Positions 48,392-59,700 of a DNA stretch of 64,000 nt are shown in pieces. A model generated the notes under the pieces. It searched no databases and was not told the origin of the DNA. It saw nothing but the letters and a program-made list of their open reading frames with translations. The stretch is taken from the sequence record MW822008.1, one strand, 5' to 3'. Made by a program: the position numbers and the translations under genes. The first letter of the stretch is position 1. The number at the start of each line of letters is the position of its first letter.

Positions 48392-50680
48392 ATGAATCTT
48401 ACCCAATTGTTCAAAAAAAGCGACGAACTGGCAACTTCTCTGGGTCATACCTTCTTGACTATTGACCATCTAAGTGCTACAGTACTGACAATCGATAGCA
48501 TCAAAGCAGTGTTTGAGGATATGAACATCGATGCAGAGAAACTACACGGTCGTTTGATTGCATATCTGAAAAATACAGCATTCCCACATGCACCTAAAAG
48601 TGCTGATGGTGATGAAGCGAACCGCACATCACTTCTTGTGAACCGTGTAGTTCAGGAACTTTCTAAGAAATCAGTAATTGAGCAACTTAAACGTGATGAT
48701 TTCTCAATTGATGCTTATTTTGTACTGTTTGAGTGTTTGTCCTTCCCAAATACTGCACTAGAAGCAGCATTGCGTGAAGAGGGTATCACTTGTACTGAAG
48801 CAGCACGAACTCTTCAGAAGCACGTAGAAGCAATCGACAACGGAATTAACCTTCAAAGCATTAGTGATGAACCAACTGGGGAGAAAAAAGTGGCACAACA
48901 GCAACCATCGTCCAAACAAAAAGGTTTAGAAGATTACACCACTAACCTAACCGCACTTGCAAAAGAAGGTAAACTTGACCCAATGATTGGTCGCCAGAAA
49001 GAGCTTTCTGCACTGATTGAAACTCTGGCCCGTAAGACTAAGAAAAATGCTATCCTGACTGGTGAAGCTGGTGTTGGTAAAACGCAAATTATTGATGGTC
49101 TAGCACAGGCAATCGCTGATGGTGAAGTACCAGAGCATCTTAAAGATGTTGAAATTCTGTCTCTGAACGTAGGTGCACTGACTGCTGGTACTAAGTACCG
49201 TGGTGAGTTCGAAGAACGTATCGATAACCTACTAAAAGAACTGAAGAAACGTGAAAACACTATTGTGTTCATCGATGAAATCCATATTATGGTTGGTGCT
49301 GGTTCAGCAAGCAACGGTTCTATGGATATGAGCAACATGCTCAAACCTGCACTATCTCGTGGTGAGATTCGTGTAATCGGTGCAACAACTTACGATGAAT
49401 ATCGTAAAAACATCGAAAAAGATAGTGCACTAACTCGTCGTTTCATGAAAATTGATGTAGTTGAGCCAACAATTGATGAAACCCGTGCGATTGTGAATGG
49501 TTTGAAATCTACTTATGAAACTTTCCATAACGTAGAGTTCAGTACTGAAGCAATGGATGCAGTTATTACACTAAGTGATAAGTTCCTGAAGAACAAACAC
49601 TTCCCTGACAAAGCAATCGACCTAATGGATGCGGCAGCAGCGAAAGTACGTTCTCGTGAAACTGATGATAACATCATCACTGTTGCACTGATTCAAGAAG
49701 TTGTTGCAGGTATCGCAAACCTAGATATTAACGTGGTTGCTTGCACTGAAAGTGAACGTATGCGTAATCTACCAGATGCACTCCGTTCTCGTGTATACGG
49801 TCAAGAAGAAGCAGTACAGAAACTGGTTGATAACGTGATGGTAGCTCGTGCTGGTCTGCGTGATAAATCAAGTGTTCAAGGTGCATTCATGTTTGTTGGG
49901 CCATCTGGTACTGGTAAAACTGAAATTACCAAAGCACTGGCTGATGCAACTGGTTCTGAACTGATTCGTTTCGATATGTCCGAGTTTTCACAGGAACATA
50001 CTGTTGCTAAACTGATTGGTTCACCTCCAGGCTATGTTGGTCACGATTCTGGTAACGGTCTGCTACTCGACAAGATTGAGCAGTTCCCGAATGCAGTACT
50101 GTTGCTTGATGAAATCGAAAAAGCTGATCGTAAAGTACTACTAACCTTCCTACAGGTTCTGGACGAAGGACGTTTGACTGGTTCACAAGGTAAAACTGTT
50201 TACTTCAATAACGTAACTGTTATTATGACAACTAACCTTGGTGCAGCAGATTCAACCAAGCGTAGTATTGGGATGAGCGGTAGTGACACAGCACAAGATA
50301 AAGCGATTAAAGCATTCTTGCCACCTGAATTCATCAACCGTATCGATAGTATTGTGACATTCAAAGACCTAAGCAGCGAAGCGATTGACAGCATCATTGA
50401 TAAGTTCATGGGAAGTTTGAATGAACAAATCAAAGACCGCAAAGTTAAAGTTTCACTGACCAAAGCGGCACGTGAGTGGTTGGCAACAAATGGTGTTAAA
50501 GTTGGGATGGGTGCACGTCCAATGAAACGCACTATTGAGCAAAACATCCGTGTCCCACTAGCTAAAGAGATGTTGTGTGGTTCTCTGGTTAATGGTGGTA
50601 ACGTAACGTTTGATGTGATTGATGGTAAATTGGCTATCAAACCTAAACGAACTAAAGCAGTAGAAAAAGTTATTGCGTAA
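48392..50680 (+). CDS. clpA: ClpA-like Hsp100 ATPase
   Basis: Clp N-domain; GEAGVGKT and GPSGTGKT Walker A; GTKYRGEFEER; RFDMSEF; KLIGSPPGYVG; SIGM ClpP-docking-like loop; no ClpB middle domain; AGGAG RBS before ATG 48392. Confidence 0.92.
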   Translation: MNLTQLFKKSDELATSLGHTFLTIDHLSATVLTIDSIKAVFEDMNIDAEKLHGRLIAYLKNTAFPHAPKSADGDEANRTSLLVNRVVQELSKKSVIEQLKRDDFSIDAYFVLFECLSFPNTALEAALREEGITCTEAARTLQKHVEAIDNGINLQSISDEPTGEKKVAQQQPSSKQKGLEDYTTNLTALAKEGKLDPMIGRQKELSALIETLARKTKKNAILTGEAGVGKTQIIDGLAQAIADGEVPEHLKDVEILSLNVGALTAGTKYRGEFEERIDNLLKELKKRENTIVFIDEIHIMVGAGSASNGSMDMSNMLKPALSRGEIRVIGATTYDEYRKNIEKDSALTRRFMKIDVVEPTIDETRAIVNGLKSTYETFHNVEFSTEAMDAVITLSDKFLKNKHFPDKAIDLMDAAAAKVRSRETDDNIITVALIQEVVAGIANLDINVVACTESERMRNLPDALRSRVYGQEEAVQKLVDNVMVARAGLRDKSSVQGAFMFVGPSGTGKTEITKALADATGSELIRFDMSEFSQEHTVAKLIGSPPGYVGHDSGNGLLLDKIEQFPNAVLLLDEIEKADRKVLLTFLQVLDEGRLTGSQGKTVYFNNVTVIMTTNLGAADSTKRSIGMSGSDTAQDKAIKAFLPPEFINRIDSIVTFKDLSSEAIDSIIDKFMGSLNEQIKDRKVKVSLTKAAREWLATNGVKVGMGARPMKRTIEQNIRVPLAKEMLCGSLVNGGNVTFDVIDGKLAIKPKRTKAVEKVIA

Positions 50681-50685
50681 AAAAG

Positions 50686-50713
50686 AAAAGGAGAGCAAAT
50701 GCTCTCCTTTTTG
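50686..50713. terminator. Bidirectional terminator
   Basis: AAAAGGAGAGC-aaat-GCTCTCCTTTT. Confidence 0.9.
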
Positions 50714-53700
50714 TTATTTAACTTCTAATAGATTTTTAATGTCATTACCACTTATTTGCAAACTATCGGAGTAAACAGATAGTTCGATTGGATAACTGTT
50801 AACACTATAACGTTTTAGTAAATTAACTTTACCTAAGTTCAAGCCATTAAATGAATATGTCACATTCTCTTTAAAGTCGTGTTCTGCACTATACATTACC
50901 CCACGGAGTAAGTTATTTGCAAAACGTACTTCAACTTTTTCAAAACCAAGAGAAATAATATCATTCATACTTGCACCAGCACCAGATAGAACATTATTAG
51001 TAACACTATATGGACTAACTGAATCTGGTTGTGAAACATAAGTAGCATTTTCTTCACTGATAGCAGTAATGTTAGTTACTGTTCCACCAACTACACCAAT
51101 ATATGTATCACTAACTAGTGGATATGCATATTCCCATACCCCGTCAGCATTCAGTACTGGTTGAATAATACCAACATCATACTCGAACACGTTAATTTCC
51201 ACACTATCAGTCATTTTGGTTCTCACTAACTCACTAAGAACACCTGCACCAGTAATTGGTAAGTTATATCCGTTATCAATGGTAACACCATCAACTTCAA
51301 ATATCTCGTTAGACACTACCCAAACATCAACGTCATCTGGTGTAATTCCATCATTATAAGAACCACCGTATAGTGTTGTGTCGTAGAATACTTCATAGTT
51401 CATTGCGTCGATAGCATAATTTCTATTTGTTTCATACAACTTAACACCATCAACCAAGAATTCTGGATCAGCAAAGGTTCTAATACGAACGATGTTCAAT
51501 GCTAGAGGTATTGCTGGTTCATTCTGTTGTTGTTTAGTGATGTTATCATAACGAAGCACAACTCCAGTACTATCTAGTAGTTCTACAGTTCCGTTCGCAG
51601 TGTTTCTTACTGTGTACAAGGTTGGTGTGGTGTCAGTTTTGATTTTTGATACACTCAAGATGGTTTCCCATGCATTGTTTTGGTATCTCACATAATCTTC
51701 ACCATCAGTTGTGAATATCATAACCTTATCACCATCAGATAGGGTATTGTCAATTACTTCAGCTTCTGTATCACTAACAATTGATTTAATTTTATAGAAG
51801 TATTTTTCATCATACTTACTGTATGATTTACTAATATCATTTTCAATCTTAGCGTAAGAAGGAATACTAACAATTGCTTCTGTTGTTTTATAAGGGTTGA
51901 TAATAACCATACCTTCAGTTTTATATCTACTATTGTCTCTCAATTGAACTAGTGAAACACTATTGAATCCATAACCATCAACTGTGAAGCGAATCTGACC
52001 AATCTTTCTTCCTGATGGGTTAATATCAGAAATGTCGATTATGTACGGATCTACTTCGTCACCTTCAACTTCCCATTTTAACTCGGAAGTTTGTGATTCA
52101 AGTGCTAGGTTATCAAATGCATTCATATCATCGTAGTACTTAGCATCGGTGATGCTATCTAGGATGTGCTGATAATCACTGTACATTGGGTTATTTCTAT
52201 CAAGAGGTAAGTCATCAAGATTTATTTCTGCCAATTGAACTAGTTGACCGTCAGTTATGAATTTGTCTTCCATGAAATCATCAATGCTTTGGTCATCTGG
52301 GATACTCTCGTATACACCATTAACATTAACATAAACATATTTTCGTGGCATCATAGTAAATGCATGAATATCAATAGGCATTCTACTTAGTATTTCTTCA
52401 GCCTTTTCATAATGGTCGGTAGCATCTTTGTCATACAAACCACGCATACCGGACAATACATGAATTGCGTCATTGTAGAATCGTTGATTTCCATTTTCAT
52501 CTACATGGCGATATGAATAAACACCATATTCAACTTCAAGTATAATTCTAACTTCATCATCAGTTGCAGTAGTATTGTTTTCTTTAATTAAAGAAACATA
52601 CTTATTATACAACTCACTACTAACTTCAAAGTAACCAAAGTTATAATCAGTACTGGATGCATAACCAAACGGTAGTCTGGTACTTGGATTATCATCATAG
52701 GTTAACCCACTAAATCCACATCCAACCTCATCATGAATTACTTCATCATCTGCACCTGTGTACAATTTCAAACGGTTAGAGAGTGTGTTATACTGAACAT
52801 AATGATTTACGTCATTAAACATTTCATTTTGTGTTGATTCTTTATATACACGATTCAACGTTTCTGTGAATTCTGCGGTTGCTACCAAATCATCTGCATG
52901 GTCTGCATACCATTGGTTAACACCGTAAGCAATCCCTAGAGTTACGTTCAATTCTGGGTAATACAATTGCATCTGATAAGCAACCAATAGGTCGAAATCT
53001 TCATCACTGTATTCTGGGAATGTATATTTGTAACGTTGTAATTCAAAATTACTAACAACATCTTGTGCATTAGATTGATATTTCTTATTCACTTCTTCCA
53101 ATACATCAACACTTGCCAAATTATCATTTGGTTTACATTGAGTGTTGTCGTAGTGCATGATAACATCAATTTCTTGGAAACGGCGATTAGGTGTTACGAA
53201 ATCACTTGGCAATTCACCAACTTGCTCCCAACGTTGAGTTACCTCATTGAATTGAGCATATTCATAATCCCAAATGTCTTTTTCCGTTTTAACCCAAGTC
53301 CCATCTGCAAATATATAGCCATTAGGATCTAAATCATTACACAAACCTTTAATTAAATCATCATCTGAAGTTTTCTGTTCAATCTGGGAACGAATCTTAG
53401 TTCTATATGGTTTAACTTCTTCAAAGTACTCAACGATTTGATTAATCAAGTTGTCGTTGGAATAGTTCTGTACTAATGATTGTTCTAAACCTACAATATA
53501 AATGTAAGATGTTTTGAATACCCAATCAACAACGCTTTGTTCTACGTGAACATACTTAACCATATCAAACACAATTTCACTCTGATGTAAGTCGAATGAG
53601 TTCTTCAATAAAGCTAGTGCTTTACGAACGTTAATCTCACGATTACTCAACGAACCATTAGCATCACGAACTGTATAGTCAGCGTATAACATATCATTCA

Positions 53701-56700
53701 ATTCAACTGTACTATTTTCACGACCAATTGCTTTCCAGTAAACTGAATCACGTGATTGTGCTTTAATGTACAATGTCCAGATGCCATCAACATCTGTAAT
53801 TCTGATAATGTCACCAACTTGATAGTTCTTAGTGTTTGCATCTTCTAGGCTGGATTCTTGTGTATATGCAGTATTTTTATCGTATCCAATATCATACCAA
53901 TCTGCTAGTGACCAGTACTGGGTCATGTCCAATGAAGTTCCTAGTGCTTCAACATAGTCTGATTGTTTAATCATTTTCTGTTGACCTTCACCACGGTTTT
54001 CCAATGTAATGGTAACCACACTACCAGCACTTGATGGACTATTCATTAGATGAATATAACCATTAGCATCAATATGCACAAAATATACAGAGCTAGTTGA
54101 TAGTGGGGTAGGTAATACACCACTAGTACTTACTAGTACTGCGTCGTTTTCTTTGAACTTGTCACTTTCAGGTGCAATGACTAATTCACTATTGTAAGTT
54201 AGCACACGATATGATACTTCATTCGGGTTAACTTCAGTAGTTTTAACATTAAACACTTCGTCCATTAGAACAGTGTTAGTTGTTATATTCTGTGAGCGAT
54301 AATAGTTATTTGCACTTTCTACAAAGTTTCTACGAGCTTCAATTACATCTTGGAACCAAGTCTTATTAGAACCTAAACCGTTTGGTACTAAAGGATATAG
54401 TAAATCAATAACAGTTCCTGATTCAGTAGTTTCTTGACCAATCATAGAATTCCACATAGAAGTCCAGATTGATGGATTGAAGTTATAGCTATCACCTTCT
54501 TTACATAATTGATACTGGTCATGTTTAATAACTTCAGTATTATCCATGTAATAAGAAACAGTTAAAATACTTGTGTCATCGTTGACTTCAAATTGCATAT
54601 TACTTAGAATGAACGAGCTTTCATTGATTGGTGCAAACCAAGGAATGTTAAGCTGTGCTGGTTCTTTAATAATACGAGCAATATCAGTACAAGATTTAGT
54701 TCTGGAATGTAATGGTGGTACATAAATTGTATCACGAACCCAGAAATAGTATTTTGTAACATAAGTATCAGTTGTGCTATCATATTCTAAGAACGTACTA
54801 TAATTATCTTCCAATGCGGTTCCGCTTGGTAGGTACATAGTGTTGTTTTTATTTTTGTTAGCAACGTCTTTACAGTATTTGTCCCAGTTATATGGTTCAA
54901 CTGGTGAACATACCCATTCAAGAACATCAACAGTACTGTGCGGTAACAATCTACCCCAGTTATAACGTTTATATTCATTTGTTGCATCAACATCCACATT
55001 ACCGTCAGCATCATAGATTGCACGAGTGTAATCTAAGTAGAAAGCAGTGCTGGTGTTCCACCAAACCTGACCAACTTTATCAGCACCCCATGCTTGAATC
55101 AATTCACCATTGCTGTTGTATTGTGCTGGGTCAACTGGAGATGTGTAGGTAACGTTCTGCATCGCTGCACCAGGAATAACACCGTTGATTGGGTCAAACA
55201 CGTTTAGGTACAACGCAGTAATGTTAGTACGTTCATCATATGTAGTTGGACGGTCAAACAAAGTACTTTGTGGAGCTTTAAAACTATATTTTCTGTCAAT
55301 GTATTCCTGACGCATCTCTTCAGTACTGAATCGTGAAACATAACGATACAAGCGTGGGCGAGTATCAGGATCAGTGAAGTCAATAGTGATTGAAGTGTCA
55401 AACGGAACTACCATAACTCTAGGGTCATTACCCGCAGTATAATATTGACTTTCTATAGTCAATGTATCTGGCATAAAGTTAGTTTCATCAACAAAGTAAT
55501 AATAATCACCATCATTTAGTGGGATATCATCACTTAGAGTTACTTTACAGAATTGTTCTGCATATACATCGGTATTTTCAATTGGAACGATAGAGAGCAT
55601 CTCAACTTCAGTGTCTACTAGTTCGAAAATATTCCACAAATCATTACCATCTTTAAACATCCATACAGAATCTGGGATTTCACCACTGTTATTCATATAA
55701 TTGATACGATCATTATATGCAGTACTGAAATCTTTAGTAACGTATGAAATTTCATCTAGTGTTACAGGACCAATGTCTGGAAGTTGGATATTCTCACTTC
55801 TTCCACTACGCATTGGGAATGAAAACTTACCATTTGGACGAGTAATCCAGCGTGAGTCAACCCCTTGTTCACCGTAATAAACAATACCATTACCAGTACC
55901 ATTTGATGTAGCATTAACATCAAACGAAACCATCTGTGGTTGTTGTTTAAATTGGTCATTGATTAGTTTAAATTGTAGATTTTTCTTACCATTGATATTA
56001 CCATAAGTACCAATCTTAAATGCCCATTCCTGAAGTGCTTTATATTCATCAGTGTCGTAAGATTTAGAAACGCGTAGTACTTTTTCCATTACTTGGTTAG
56101 TACCTTTGTCATGAATGAATCCTTTATAGAAATCAACACGACTAACATCACTACTAATCATACGTTGTAGATAATCACGAGTTTGATAGCCAATCAAGTG
56201 ATTTGATAACTCTTGAAGCTGAACATCACTCACAGGAGTTTCACTATTATAATATAATTCAAAATCAGTTACTAATTTTTCAAATGATGGTAAAGTTCCT
56301 GCTTCTAGGATAATGAAACCAGGTGCTTGTAGGCGACCAGTCCATGACCCAGTAATGTAACCATACATTTTAATCAATTCTTGAATAGCACCATAAGTTG
56401 GTTGGTAAATGTAATCACCAAAGATAGTTTTATCATCAAAAACAACTGCGTGTTCATATGAACTTAGGCTCAAACGAATCAACGCCATACGTTTTTGTGA
56501 TTCAGATGTAGTTCTCACTGTGAATACGTTACCGATACGCGAAGTTTCGATTTCATATTGACGGATGCCTTGGTTTTCATCATCGAGTAGTGACCAAACA
56601 CCACCACTATTCTGTGTAACAGATTGAACTGAACCAAAATCCGCACCAAATTTAGCATTAGCTGCACTTGGAGTACAGGAGATGAACTCACCAGTACTTA

Positions 56701-59700
56701 AATTATTCTGACTCCAAATAACAAAGTCTTTAGCAATAGTTGTCCAGTCTTGTTGAGTACCACTATCATTTACATCTTCAAAAATCCAGCCATGTTCTTT
56801 TAGATATTCACCATATCCACAAATGAAAGTATAAACTTCTTGGTATGTATTGAATATTTTACCATATTCTAATGTACCTTCAGATTTCCATTCATTGTAA
56901 TGAACAACAGTTCTGTCTTCCAATTTAAGAGTTACTTTTCTTCCATTTTTAACTGGAATTTTATATTTAAATTTAGCACCAACTAAATCATAACCATCAA
57001 TTTGATATGCACTACCATTCCAAGTAATTTTTACTGCACTCATTTGCTCATCGCGAATGTTATTGGAACGAACTAGACCGATAGTTTGGTTTTCTTGTGA
57101 AATCAAACCGAAAGATTTAGCAGTGAATGTCAATTGGTCTGCTTTAGTAAAGCCACCAATTTTGTGAGCGACATTGACATAAGAAGAACGAACAACGTCA
57201 CCGTATTTGGTGGTAATGTTCTTATTCTGATACATCAAATAGTCACTAACAAACATTTGATAACCGATAGTACGGGTGTTTTTCTCACCATGTACTAATG
57301 TAGTACTGTCAAAGTTTAGACGCTTACGGGTTTCACCATAAAGGAACTGTGAACCATCAGTATAAACTGGTTTAAGGTTATCATTACGGGTATCCCAGTA
57401 ATAGTTTGCAAACTGTGCTGGTTTTGCTTTGTATAGAAGAAGCATTTGGTCATAAGCAAACATCGCAGTGTTCATGTAAGTGAATTCCATGTCACCCATG
57501 TCACCATAAGACCACGGTTCTGCACGATGATCTAAATTACCACTAACAAGACCTAAAACTTCAGGTGCAATATACTCAACTTCACAAATATCAATACCAG
57601 TACTGGTTTTCTCGCCAGTCTTAGTGATTTTAAATGGCTGTACACCGAAACGCTTGTATTTGTCATATTGACCACGGCGTTCACCTGACAAAATAGTACC
57701 AGTACTGCTATCACCGATAGTACCATCAATATCCCACAATCCACTTGGGACCAAATCACCATTTTCATTCATTACTAGTGCTTCATACACATAAACAACA
57801 TCACCCTCACGTTCACCAACTTGAACTGCGGTTGGTTCGTATTCTTGGTTCCACCAAGTAGGACGTTGAGAGAAGCCCATCATTTCCCACGGATGGGTTG
57901 CTGGACGATATGTGCCATATTGGTCAGTATAGATTGCACGCCATGAACCACGAGCAGGAATTTCAGTACGTTGACCATCAACAACATAATAACTACCAGT
58001 ATAGTTCCAAGTTCTCCAGTTATTTGCATCATAATCATGAGTACTGTTACTAATGCCATTGGTTGCTGTGAAGTTAATGTAACCACGTAGTAATAGAGTT
58101 TTCTTTTCTTCTGCACTATAATCAGTACCAGTGAAATATGGAGTTGGGAATAGGTCTTCACTGTTTAGTACTGGTTTATAATCAATATCCTTGAAAGTAA
58201 GATCAATACTATTAAAGATACGATTTTCCAATTCAAAAACTACGTCATCCATTTTATCAACACCATTGATAACACGGTATGCTTTTGAAATAATACCAGT
58301 ATGACTGATATTATAACAGCTAGATTTACTACCAGCAGTTAAGAATGTTGCTTTTTGTGGTGTATAAGCTTGCAAAATACCCAAGAACTGTGGAGTTGGT
58401 GGGACAAATGCACGAATAAACCCAGCAGTGCTTGCAACGTTGTCATAGTAGAATGGGAATGTACTATCACGTCCCATATTAATAGCTGTTAGAATCGCAT
58501 CTACGATGTTTGATGCACTATTACCAAGAAAAGCACTTGGGTCTTCTTCATACAAACGAAGCATTTGAGTGTTGAACTTGTTAATGAAGCGGAAGTATTC
58601 TGCTTGCATAAACATGATTGATTCAAACAAATCAATATCTTCATTAGCGGTATGTGCCATTAGTGGTAACATGGACGCTTCGTTTTGAATAATTTTAGTG
58701 CCTACACCATTATTAACCAAACCAGCAGCCAAACGTTCTTCGTAATTGTTAAAGTCATCAGCAGAACCAGATGTAATATTCTTTTGAATAATATCTTGGA
58801 AGTGCAGGGTGTAATCACCTTGGTTGATGTATTCAATGTTTGAATTATATGGGTTATTTTGTAGATTAATTGGAACTTCATATGCACCCAACTCTTTATT
58901 AGGAGTGATAGTGCTACTATAAGTTCTGATTTGTACAACAGAATCTTCATCCAAATCAACAGAGCTATCAATTGTAATACTTTGTACTTGATTATTAACT
59001 ACAGTTTTTGTGTATTCTTTTATTTCCACACCATCAACAACTAGTTCGATAATATCATCAGAATTATCTAGTACTTTTTGTGCCAATTCAAATGTATGAT
59101 TGTACTTAACGCTTTGTACCCCATCACCAACGATAACATGCCAATCAAGATATGTTTCACGTTCTGCTTTGTAATATTGATAAGTTCTGTCAACTTCAAT
59201 TACATAAGCATACATTCCTTCAACTGGGTCTTTGAAACTTTCCATGTCATAAACAGTACTGAACACGCGGAACATTACTGTACGTTCAACCTGTGGAGTT
59301 TGTTTAACATATTGTTTGGAGTATTCAGTACTACGAACCCAATCAGTTTCTAGGTTCATTGTATTACCTTCACCAATTACGTTATAGTAATATAGTCCAT
59401 CAATTTCAACTTCCACACCCAAATGCTCGTAAGTATAACGAGTTGATTGTAGGAAATTCTCATATGTGTAATAATTGTAATCACCTAGTTCAATATTATA
59501 ACCATAAACGCTATCAGTTGCATAATTATAGTTAATTTTAAAACCAAATAGTGAAGAACCAGTAAAAGTACTTGATGGATAGGTAGTAGTGTTGTTTAGT
59601 TTAACACCATTACGGTCATACAATTGGAATTGTGGAAATACGTTCACAGAAGTTTTAGACTGTGCTTGAATCCAATGAGAACCGTCCCAATACATGGAAC

